From positions 1-36,036 of the forward strand of contig JANJXX010000009.1 of the NCBI GenBank assembly GCA_024720975.1: 36,036 bases of DNA, read 5' to 3'. This document shows, piece by piece, positions 18,183 through 26,154 of the stretch; position 1 is the first letter of the stretch; each line of letters starts with the position of its first letter. This stretch comes from Thermoproteota archaeon. Lineage in GTDB: Archaea; Asgardarchaeota; Njordarchaeia; Njordarchaeales; Panguiarchaeaceae. Made by a program: the position numbers and the translations under genes. The notes below the pieces were generated by a model that did no database searches, was not told the origin of the DNA, and saw only the letters and a program-made list of their open reading frames with translations.

Positions 18183-18983
18183 ATGAGTGCAAGAGAAGAA
18201 GAGTTGTTATTAGCACTCAAGAGAGATGTTCCCAGAAATTTGATTATAATATTACTAGAAAATCTCAATAGCGACTCTGGCGATGTTGTAAGATGTGCTA
18301 TAAAACATCTTTTGGAAGATATCGGCACCCGTTTCTCAGATATGATTGGTGCCATTAAAATAAAGTTCCTTGATAAGCCTAGATTAAAGGATCTGCCCAT
18401 ATACTACGATAGGCGATCGTCAACAATATTCGTAAATTCGGTACTGCTGGCCAAGGATCTCCTGCTTTATTATAGCTGCGCGAGCGTAGATCCTATTGAT
18501 GTTCTCTTTTACGTTTTTATGCACGAGTACGGCCATCATCAGATAAATATGATGGGGATAAAGCCGATGGATATTGATAGCAGGGTATACTACGTGATTT
18601 ATTTTAAATTTGAAGACTTTGTCATCTCAAGATTTCTCAGAAAGGGTGTATATAGGAACATAGAAAGCAAAATCCTCTCCTTTAATGCACTAAGATCTCT
18701 CGAGTCATTATCGATGGGCATTATCAATAGTTTATTTGAGTGGCACATAAGTTACTTAGCAAGATCTATGGTAACGAGACTGATGAGTAATATAGCAACA
18801 GTAGCACTAGCTTCAGCGCTTGGCTACTTGAATCTATATAGCGTAGATGTTTCTGTGCCCGGGAGGATTATGAATATTATAGAAGTGATAGAATTCAACA
18901 TGCGACAAGTGTCAGAAAATCGCATAGAGGCGATACCGGATCTTGCGTACAGAACTTGCTATGAGTGCTATAAAAATCTCTAA
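18183..18983 (+). CDS. Hypothetical protein with an HEXXH zincin-like motif
   Basis: VFMHEYGHHQ followed about 20 aa later by FEDFVI (possible third ligand E). Confidence 0.55.
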   Translation: MSAREEELLLALKRDVPRNLIIILLENLNSDSGDVVRCAIKHLLEDIGTRFSDMIGAIKIKFLDKPRLKDLPIYYDRRSSTIFVNSVLLAKDLLLYYSCASVDPIDVLFYVFMHEYGHHQINMMGIKPMDIDSRVYYVIYFKFEDFVISRFLRKGVYRNIESKILSFNALRSLESLSMGIINSLFEWHISYLARSMVTRLMSNIATVALASALGYLNLYSVDVSVPGRIMNIIEVIEFNMRQVSENRIEAIPDLAYRTCYECYKNL

Positions 18984-19008
18984 TCTAACGAATTCTTAAT
19001 ACTGGCAT

Positions 19009-19968
19009 CTACAATCTGGAAATTTCTCTTAGTTTTCTCTTAGATGTATACAAAGATAGTAGGCTAGCTCCTGTAATAATTATCGCGGAGAGGATAGTAT
19101 AATTGATTTCAACCGGGGAGAACGCCATTCCCGCCGCTATTATGGACAACCCAAATGTGAATAGAATTTCGCCATAATCCTCATATTCTGGCAGGGTAAG
19201 TCTCGTAGAGACATCGCTAGTATCTACACTTATGTTCAAATACTTCCCATCGAACTCTCCTCTCATACTAAAGTATATGTTCATCTTGGTTGCTCCGGAG
19301 AATATTTCCATATGCAATTTATCTCCTATTCTTTTTGAATACTGTAATCTGTTAGTTCCTCTGTAAATTCTGTGCTGGATATCCAGAAATGATTTAGCAT
19401 TTCGATTACCTCCCAAGAATGATACATTAGCTAAAACTTCCCCTGGACCATTTAGTGTAAAGCCATCGATATCGATCTTTCCGCTTGATATTAGTAAGCG
19501 TATGCGCATTGTAAGGTTTCTTTGACTATGTTCTGGCCCTTGGTTATCTTGGTTATGCGGTCGCCCCGGCCAACACGTTATATTTTCTGAGACCAAGTCA
19601 ATAAGTAATAATTTGAGGTTTTCTTTCTCGATAATGGAGTAATTCAGACTCCATCGAATCCTATCAACATCGACGATATTTATTTCTTCACCCTTATCAT
19701 AGCGTCCATTGTTGTTAGCATCGATGAAAGTACCTAGTTGCCTAACCGTGATTAGAAATACGGAAGAAGGATCTTGATTGTGAAAAGCTAAAACAGAGGG
19801 CCGTCGATTAAGCAGTTTTATTGTTATAGAGTGTGTTTTAAAAGTTCCCTCAATCGTATCAATACTAAAGAACTCAGTACTGCAGACAGGAGAAGTCATC
19901 AGCGTGCTGATTATCAAAATAATTAGGAGATAACTAAAAGCTTGCCTCCGCATTTGAAATTCCAACAC
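19009..19968 (-). CDS. Secreted, C-terminally anchored protein with a DxNxNGxYD Ca-binding loop; divergent paralog of 20029-21000
   Basis: Signal peptide; FIDANNNGRYD; C-terminal TM plus KRK; shared order of motifs with its neighbour. Confidence 0.7.
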   Translation of the reverse strand: MLEFQMRRQAFSYLLIILIISTLMTSPVCSTEFFSIDTIEGTFKTHSITIKLLNRRPSVLAFHNQDPSSVFLITVRQLGTFIDANNNGRYDKGEEINIVDVDRIRWSLNYSIIEKENLKLLLIDLVSENITCWPGRPHNQDNQGPEHSQRNLTMRIRLLISSGKIDIDGFTLNGPGEVLANVSFLGGNRNAKSFLDIQHRIYRGTNRLQYSKRIGDKLHMEIFSGATKMNIYFSMRGEFDGKYLNISVDTSDVSTRLTLPEYEDYGEILFTFGLSIIAAGMAFSPVEINYTILSAIIITGASLLSLYTSKRKLREISRL

Positions 19969-19969
19969 T

Positions 19970-20038
19970 AGCTAAAAAGGAATGAAAGATGAATTATTTC
20001 CTTAGCTAAAAAAAGAATGAAAGATAAATCATTTCCTT
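19970..20038 (-). repeat. Tandem duplication (34/35 bp) of stop codon plus T-rich terminator-like tract
   Basis: agctaaaaaggaatgaaagatgaattatttcctt (19970-20003) and agctaaaaaaagaatgaaagataaatcatttcctt (20004-20038). Confidence 0.85.
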
Positions 20039-21000
20039 CGCTTAATTAAGATTGCTGCTATTATTAGAATTGCCGCTACAACTATTATGCCTATGACTGG
20101 GGTCTTCAAGAGCATTTCTAATATACCTTCTGAACCGACATAAATACTAGGATCATGGATTAGCGTTCCGTCAAAGTGAGGATATACCAACCATGTTACA
20201 GCAGAATCTTTGCTGAAGCAGTTTGTTGAACTAACATTAGCCATATTAGGCTCTGTGTGTGCAGCTTGCTGAATCTTAGCTTCCTCTTGGTATCTAAATT
20301 CAGCATAGTATCCGGCATCCTCTCCAGCCAAGCGCACCCGGCTCATATGCTTGTTTTTGGCTTGGTATCTCTCATGGACACACTTAGGAATTCCTTGGCG
20401 TCCTCTGAACATTCCAGCAAATACTATTTCGAGGGCTAATTTGGATTCATTGTTAATCCAAGGCCAGCCACTTATTATTACGTCTATTTTAAGCTCTTTT
20501 CCTCCTGCTATTGGTATTGCATCTACTTCAACATTGGTGCTATAAATATGATTCACGAAGGTGGCATTGAAACTTCCTACTGTAGCTCCACCTCCTACGC
20601 CCTCAATAGCTTGTACTAGAATTATCGCATTAAGTGTTATTCGAATTTCTATTGTTCCAGAGATGTTTATTGTTTCAGCAGATACATCCCACATCGCGCT
20701 GTAGAGTAAGGCATGTGATAGCATGTGATCGATGGACATATTGAACTTGTTGTCGTTATCTAGGTCGAGGAACTCTATCAGCCTATTGAACTTTACAATG
20801 TAGACTGCTGTATTATTCTTCCCGGGCATCCAAATCATGTACCATGGCTTGTTTTCGAGAAACTGTACGACTATACCATCGCCTTCGACAGTACTAGCAT
20901 TCCCGTGCCACATGGGTGGTTTTGAGTAGAGGTCAACTGCACCAGTGATGTTGAAGATTAGGAATAGTGCAACTAGGGCGGTGCCAATTTTTCTCTTCAT
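20029..21000 (-). CDS. Secreted, C-terminally anchored beta-rich protein (LIEFLDLDNDN...LKIDVIISGWPW...YPHFDGTLIHDPSI family)
   Basis: Signal peptide; EF-hand-like DLDNDNKFN; HDP motif before a TM helix and KRRK; GGTGAT RBS before the ATG. Confidence 0.8.
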   Translation of the reverse strand: MKRKIGTALVALFLIFNITGAVDLYSKPPMWHGNASTVEGDGIVVQFLENKPWYMIWMPGKNNTAVYIVKFNRLIEFLDLDNDNKFNMSIDHMLSHALLYSAMWDVSAETINISGTIEIRITLNAIILVQAIEGVGGGATVGSFNATFVNHIYSTNVEVDAIPIAGGKELKIDVIISGWPWINNESKLALEIVFAGMFRGRQGIPKCVHERYQAKNKHMSRVRLAGEDAGYYAEFRYQEEAKIQQAAHTEPNMANVSSTNCFSKDSAVTWLVYPHFDGTLIHDPSIYVGSEGILEMLLKTPVIGIIVVAAILIIAAILIKRRK

Positions 21001-21037
21001 TTACTATCACCACTAAGGAACAATACCCTAGGCTGCC

Positions 21038-21066
21038 TTTTTATATCTTATGAACAAGTTGTTCAT
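21038..21066 (-). promoter_or_regulatory. TATA box with an adjacent perfect inverted repeat (candidate operator) for the 21000 gene
   Basis: ATGAACAA-G-TTGTTCAT at 21050-21066; minus-strand TATAAAAA at 21045-21038; an additional half-site GAACAA at 21018-21023. Confidence 0.7.
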
Positions 21067-21072
21067 TCGCAC

Positions 21073-21351
21073 TTATAAACTTAGACCCAGGTCCTCAATA
21101 AGGTGCTTAAGTCTTCTAAGTTCTTGCATGAGTCTGTACCCATCAGGTGTTAGCATATAGTACCTGCGATTGTCTCTTTTAATATATCTGATATATCCGC
21201 GTTCAATAAGTCTCTCTAAAATCGGTAATAATCTCTCATGAGGTATGTTTGCTTCCCTAATTATCTCTGTTATAATAGCATAGTCACGCTTGTTTATTGC
21301 CTCAAGTATGTTCAGGAGGATTCCAATTCGAGATCGATGCGTGCTAGACAA
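21073..21351 (-). CDS. Small archaeal winged-helix transcription regulator (COG3432/HTH_45-like)
   Basis: RSRIGILLNILE, ITEIIREANI, LERLIERGYI, YMLTPDG. Confidence 0.85.
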   Translation of the reverse strand: MSSTHRSRIGILLNILEAINKRDYAIITEIIREANIPHERLLPILERLIERGYIRYIKRDNRRYYMLTPDGYRLMQELRRLKHLIEDLGLSL

Positions 21352-21363
21352 GTCATCTTCACT

Positions 21364-21957
21364 CTAATAGTGCATATTCGCTATTACTATGAGGTTCCTC
21401 AGGATTATTGCTAGGAGGACAATAATTTCATTCCATATAATTCCACTCCAGAGCACAAGTCCTGACTCGAAGAGGAGGCTCTGAATAGTGCAAGCCAAGC
21501 TCCAAGCTCGGATTTTTCTTATTTTATTCCTTATGCTTTCTATTGCAACAATTAGGAAGAGAATTCCTGAAACAACGGGTAAGACTTCCAGGATGATAAT
21601 AGGTATTATCATCCTAATGCCTGATATGTGCACTATTAGTGCTAATGCGGATAGAACATAAAACAGGAATGTTAAAAACCAGAAATCACGATACTTCGGA
21701 AAGAATATCGATGCATAACCCTCTTCCACGATTATTGTTACATAGCTCGTAAGTATGAAAACTTCGAGAATAATCCCGCACGAGAAAAAGAACATACCCA
21801 TTTGGATTTTCGTTCTTTTTGGGACGTCTAGACCTGAAATTAGGAAGAAAATGCGGAGTATTGTCCATAAGCATATTATATCTCCTATGATTGATCCAAC
21901 TCCAAGAACGATGCACATCAGTCTTTCCGTAAGCATCAGTCTAGCCCCTTTCACCAA
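21364..21957 (-). CDS. Polytopic membrane protein (6-7 TM) of unknown function
   Basis: Almost entirely hydrophobic helices; stop is 12 nt upstream of the wHTH start. Confidence 0.7.
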   Translation of the reverse strand: MVKGARLMLTERLMCIVLGVGSIIGDIICLWTILRIFFLISGLDVPKRTKIQMGMFFFSCGIILEVFILTSYVTIIVEEGYASIFFPKYRDFWFLTFLFYVLSALALIVHISGIRMIIPIIILEVLPVVSGILFLIVAIESIRNKIRKIRAWSLACTIQSLLFESGLVLWSGIIWNEIIVLLAIILRNLIVIANMHY

Positions 21958-22150
21958 ATTTGGAGTAACTTTAGCAAAGTCGAACTAGTAAAAACACTAA
22001 ATTAGGATGTTTTTATTCATTTATACTTGCATGTTGTGTGTGTTTGAATTGCTTGGAGCTGCAAAAATATATTAAACTAAAAGCACTATAAGTCCTCTTA
22101 TTTTGAGTCAGAATTATGTGATGCTGCTAGCGGTCTCAGTACTAGTGGGG

Positions 22151-22599
22151 TTAGGAGAACGCACCTATTACAAAAGGAGTTATGAGGGATTTTGCATTTT
22201 CGTATGTGTTATCTATATTAACCAACAGTTGTGGTATTAAGTGCAGTCCTTTACTACTTGTAGTTGATAAAATTTCCACGAACATTGACCAAGAATAAAT
22301 TGTAGCAAGAAGATAAGAGTCCTCATCTTGAAGTTCCCTCTTGTATAACTGCATTGCCCCCAGGCAATGTTTGCATATATGAGGGCTGCTATAACACGCT
22401 TCCATTCCTCCTGACTATTAATTAATTCATCTACGGGAAATCCTGCAGAAATAATCTCCGGATTTGCTTCAGGATATTCACTCTTAATAGCTTTATAGTT
22501 TGTTTATATGACCCTACCTATAAATGAGGGATCAGTTAGGAGGCTCGAAATGATCGTCATAGCATTTTCTAGAGGGGATTTATTCAATAAATTCACCAA
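22151..22599 (-). pseudogene. Probable degraded gene fragment directly downstream of guaB
   Basis: A protein-like reading (SPLENAMTIISSLLTDPSFIGRVI*TNYKAIKSEYPEANPEIISAGFPVDELINSQEEWKRVIAALIYANIAWG / AMQLYKRELQDEDSYLL...) needs one stop at 22504-22506 and one frameshift at the C5 run 22357-22361. Confidence 0.35.
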
Positions 22600-22611
22600 G
22601 GAGGAGGATTT

Positions 22612-24003
22612 TTATTGTTTCTTAAGTAGTTCCCAAAACATCTCTGAGTCGATCTTTATTACACTGTGAGGTGCTATTTCCTTCCTAGTGTTGGGAGTCA
22701 GTAGCGCTATCCTAGCGTTTCGGACTTCAGAAATGTTCTTTGCTCCGGCGTATCCCATTGCAACTTTCAAACTACCTACGAACTTATGGATAACCTCAAT
22801 TACAGATCCCTGGTAGGGTACTAATGCCTCTACACCCTCTGAAATTAATTTTGTCGTTCTACTGTATCTGTCAAGCAATCTTTCTAACCTAGCGGTTAGT
22901 GAGCCCATTCCCCGATATAATTTATATTTTCTTCCCTCGATTTCTAGCAGCGGACCAGGGCATTCAAGACAGCCTGCTAAATACCTGCCGCACATTATGG
23001 AATCAGCTCCTAACACTAATGCCTTAAGTGCACTAGCTACGGATGTAACACCACCATCTGCTACCAGGGGAATATCCATGGATAGTTCTCTGAGTGCATT
23101 TTTAGCTTCAATTATGGCGAATAGCGTAGGAGCCGATACGCCAGTTTCTTCGCCGGTTTTGCAGATACTTCCTGACCCAATACCTACGCGAAATCCATCG
23201 ACCTTCTCTAACTTTGAAAGAGCATCCTTAACAGCATTATATGTTCCTATGTTGCCAATGATGAGATCTGCTGTTATTTCGCTCTCAATGCGCTTTACTG
23301 CCTCCATACACGCCTTTGTATGGAAGTGAGCGACATCAATAACAATAGCATCAGCGGCGTCATTAAGGACTTTAAGTCTGCTATAATCGAATGGAGAGCA
23401 AGCTGCAGCTACCATAAGTTTTTCATCAGAATCTAAACTTGGTTTTAATCCCACTGTGTTAGAGTACATTTCGATGAGGATGTTGTCCTCATTGATATTA
23501 ATTAACTTACTTACTGTTTGCTCTTTTCTGACCTCGTCTAGAACCTCGGAGATAGTGGTTAATTCACTTACCCTTACTGAGCCGCTGAGCGTGCATAATT
23601 TGACTATTCCAATTGTGTTATTGTCATCAATTATTAGGGCGACTTTCTCTTCTAACTTCTTCAAGTAGCTAATAGTATCTCTAAGAGTGTAATCAGGTTT
23701 GATGCTTGGAATATCCTTGTATACGTCACACTCCTTAACTCTTCTGACAATTTTCAATTGCTCATCAATACTACAGTTTCTATGAATAACACCAATACCC
23801 CCCATGGCGGCGAGGATGCTCGCAACTTTATCATTGGATACAAAATCCATTGGAGCACTTACTAAAGGTATACTGAGCTTTATATTCCTAGAGAATCTAG
23901 TCGTAGTATCAATATCAAACGGTTCGACTTCAGAGAAGCCGGGCAGAACAATGATGTCCTCAAAGGATATTGCCACAGGAGCACTCTTAACCTTCTCCCA
24001 CAT
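22612..24003 (-). CDS. guaB: IMP dehydrogenase with a shortened or degenerate CBS subdomain
   Basis: FEDIIVLP, PLVSAPMD, GGIGVIHRN, IDVAH, catalytic GIGSGSICKT, ADGG, YRGMGS, flap DRY, SEGVE. Likely start ATG 24003. Confidence 0.93.
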   Translation of the reverse strand: MWEKVKSAPVAISFEDIIVLPGFSEVEPFDIDTTTRFSRNIKLSIPLVSAPMDFVSNDKVASILAAMGGIGVIHRNCSIDEQLKIVRRVKECDVYKDIPSIKPDYTLRDTISYLKKLEEKVALIIDDNNTIGIVKLCTLSGSVRVSELTTISEVLDEVRKEQTVSKLININEDNILIEMYSNTVGLKPSLDSDEKLMVAAACSPFDYSRLKVLNDAADAIVIDVAHFHTKACMEAVKRIESEITADLIIGNIGTYNAVKDALSKLEKVDGFRVGIGSGSICKTGEETGVSAPTLFAIIEAKNALRELSMDIPLVADGGVTSVASALKALVLGADSIMCGRYLAGCLECPGPLLEIEGRKYKLYRGMGSLTARLERLLDRYSRTTKLISEGVEALVPYQGSVIEVIHKFVGSLKVAMGYAGAKNISEVRNARIALLTPNTRKEIAPHSVIKIDSEMFWELLKKQ

Positions 24004-24188
24004 AAAGAATTGCACCGAGGCATTTTTAGAAGGAATTAACAAATGGCATTTTAAAAGTCTTTTCAATTATGTAAGGATGACCATAAAGTAGAAGCAGCAT
24101 TCGTTTATGAGTAATCTATAATTTTAGACGTAATGGTTTATGCCGTAAGGAGTCAGAGTCGATTTTTAAAAATGGTTGGCTTGCACTA

Positions 24189-25943
24189 TCAAACAATAAG
24201 TGGTACGTAACTAAAGCGGTCGACATCGAAGAGGCCCTTGTCTGTGATTTTTAACTTAGGTATTACTGGGAGAGCCATAAATGAGAGCACCATGAATGGA
24301 TTTTCGAGCTCCGCCCCAAGGTCTTTAGCAGCTTGTATGACTTTTTTAAGTCTTTCAGATACCCTATGTGGTTCTTCTAAGCTCATAAGTCCCGCCAGTG
24401 GTAATTCCAGCTTAGCTCTAACTTTACCGTTATCGACGACAACCAAGCCGCCTTGTATTTTAGCTACAGCATTTATTGCCTCTGCAAGATCTCTTCTGTT
24501 TGCTCCTACAGCTATAATATTGTGCGAATCATGCGCTACAGATGATCCAATAGCGCCGCGTTTAAGTCCGAAACCCCTTACAAATCCTTTACCAATGTTA
24601 CCTGTGGCTTTATGTCTTTCAGCAACTACTATCTCTAATATATCACGCTCAGGATCTGGCTCTATGATACAGTTCTTTGTTTCGACCTCTTCTATATGGC
24701 AATCAGTAACAACAGAACCCTCTCTAGCCACGATTAGCCTTATCTTAACCTTATCTGCACAGGCTCTTATTGTAAGTTCATCCTCAGAGACTTCTTTGGC
24801 TAGGCGCATGGTTTTAAGGGCCCAATCTGGGTACTTATATTGCTCGAGATTTATCAGAAGTTTACCATCCCTTGCGACAAGCTCGCCATTTAAGAAAACA
24901 GCTTTGACATGCACATCTTCAAGGTTTTCAAATAGCACTACATCAGCATAGTAACCAGGAGACAAGGCACCGAGTCTGCGAAGCCCATATGCAGTAGAAA
25001 CATTTAGCGTAACCATCCTTATGGCTTCTATTGGGTCAACGCCAAGTTCTATTGCTGTTCTTAAAACTGGCTCTAAGTGACCATTTTCGAGTATATCATC
25101 CACGTGTTTGTCATCTGTTACAAGAATGCATCTATCTAACGGAAGTTTTTCAGAGATGACTCTCTTAAGTACGCCAATATCTCGCGCCACAGTTCCCTGC
25201 CTTACTAGCAAGTACATTCCCAAGTGTAGCTTTTCAACAGCTTCATGCTCAGTCGTGCTTTCATGATCAGTCAAAATTCCGGCAGATATGTAGGCTTGAA
25301 GAGTACTTCCAGAGAGTAATGGTGCATGACCGTCAATTATTTTCTTGGCTTTTTCAGCAAGTGCTATCTTCTGTAAGACATTTTCATTGACATCAAGCAC
25401 TCCCGGAAAATTCATTAGCTCGCCCAAACCCAGGACCATATCGTCCTTAAGTAATTCAGCAATATCCTCAGGTCTTATCTCTGCTCCTGATGTGTCGATA
25501 TTGGGTGCTGCGGGAACACAACTAGGAGCCATAACGAATATTTTCACCGGTAGTTTTCTGGCTTCATCTAGCATTAAATGCAGACCCCTAACGCCTAAAA
25601 CATTTCCAAGCTCATGGAAGTCAGTTATTATTGCAGCTGTTCCATGAGGTATAATTGCTCTAGCAAATTGGGTTGGACAAAGCAAACTACTTTCAACATG
25701 AACATGAGCATCGATAAATCCGGGAGCAGCATACATGCTTTTTCCATCGAAGACTTTAGTTAGATCACCAATGATGTCATCGCAATTTCCCACTCTCGCA
25801 ATATACTTCCCTTTAATAGCTATGTCACCGTCGAAGATAGTCTTTGAGAAGACATTTATAATCCTAACATTTTTAATAACAATATCAGCTGGTATCTTAC
25901 CCTGCGAACACAATATAAGTTCTCTAAGCATCTTTGTCACCAT
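24189..25943 (-). CDS. ade: Adenine deaminase (AdeC type)
   Basis: PGFIDAHVHVESS, GLGELMNFPGV, IDGHAP, TDHE, VTDDKH, SSVAHDSHN, LPVIPKLKITDKGLFDV. Confidence 0.96.
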   Translation of the reverse strand: MVTKMLRELILCSQGKIPADIVIKNVRIINVFSKTIFDGDIAIKGKYIARVGNCDDIIGDLTKVFDGKSMYAAPGFIDAHVHVESSLLCPTQFARAIIPHGTAAIITDFHELGNVLGVRGLHLMLDEARKLPVKIFVMAPSCVPAAPNIDTSGAEIRPEDIAELLKDDMVLGLGELMNFPGVLDVNENVLQKIALAEKAKKIIDGHAPLLSGSTLQAYISAGILTDHESTTEHEAVEKLHLGMYLLVRQGTVARDIGVLKRVISEKLPLDRCILVTDDKHVDDILENGHLEPVLRTAIELGVDPIEAIRMVTLNVSTAYGLRRLGALSPGYYADVVLFENLEDVHVKAVFLNGELVARDGKLLINLEQYKYPDWALKTMRLAKEVSEDELTIRACADKVKIRLIVAREGSVVTDCHIEEVETKNCIIEPDPERDILEIVVAERHKATGNIGKGFVRGFGLKRGAIGSSVAHDSHNIIAVGANRRDLAEAINAVAKIQGGLVVVDNGKVRAKLELPLAGLMSLEEPHRVSERLKKVIQAAKDLGAELENPFMVLSFMALPVIPKLKITDKGLFDVDRFSYVPLIV

Positions 25944-26154
25944 AGTCTGTCATAGAAAATTGATAAGCACTAAAAAATCACATTAGCTCAGTCATACTGC
26001 GCGGAGTGGCATTACTGCGAAGTAGGATCGTAATTTAAATCATTTTTTAGGTCTGATTTATCAGATGAGCATCTAATTTTTTACAATGTTTTTACAGTAT
26101 ATAGTACCGCGAGTTTTCCTCTTAGTCGTGTGAAATAACAGCTGGTGAAGAGAC

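Noticed and set aside
24238-24951. 237-aa antisense ORF and the many other short opposite-strand ORFs in the track (including 35766-35981)
   Set aside because: They lie antisense to well-supported genes and show Ser/Leu-rich shadow composition with no motifs.
26052-26074. Short palindromes TCTGAT-TT-ATCAGA and AGATG-AG-CATCT between divergent ade and clostripain
   Set aside because: Arms of 5-6 bp occur by chance; no second site or cognate regulator is evident.
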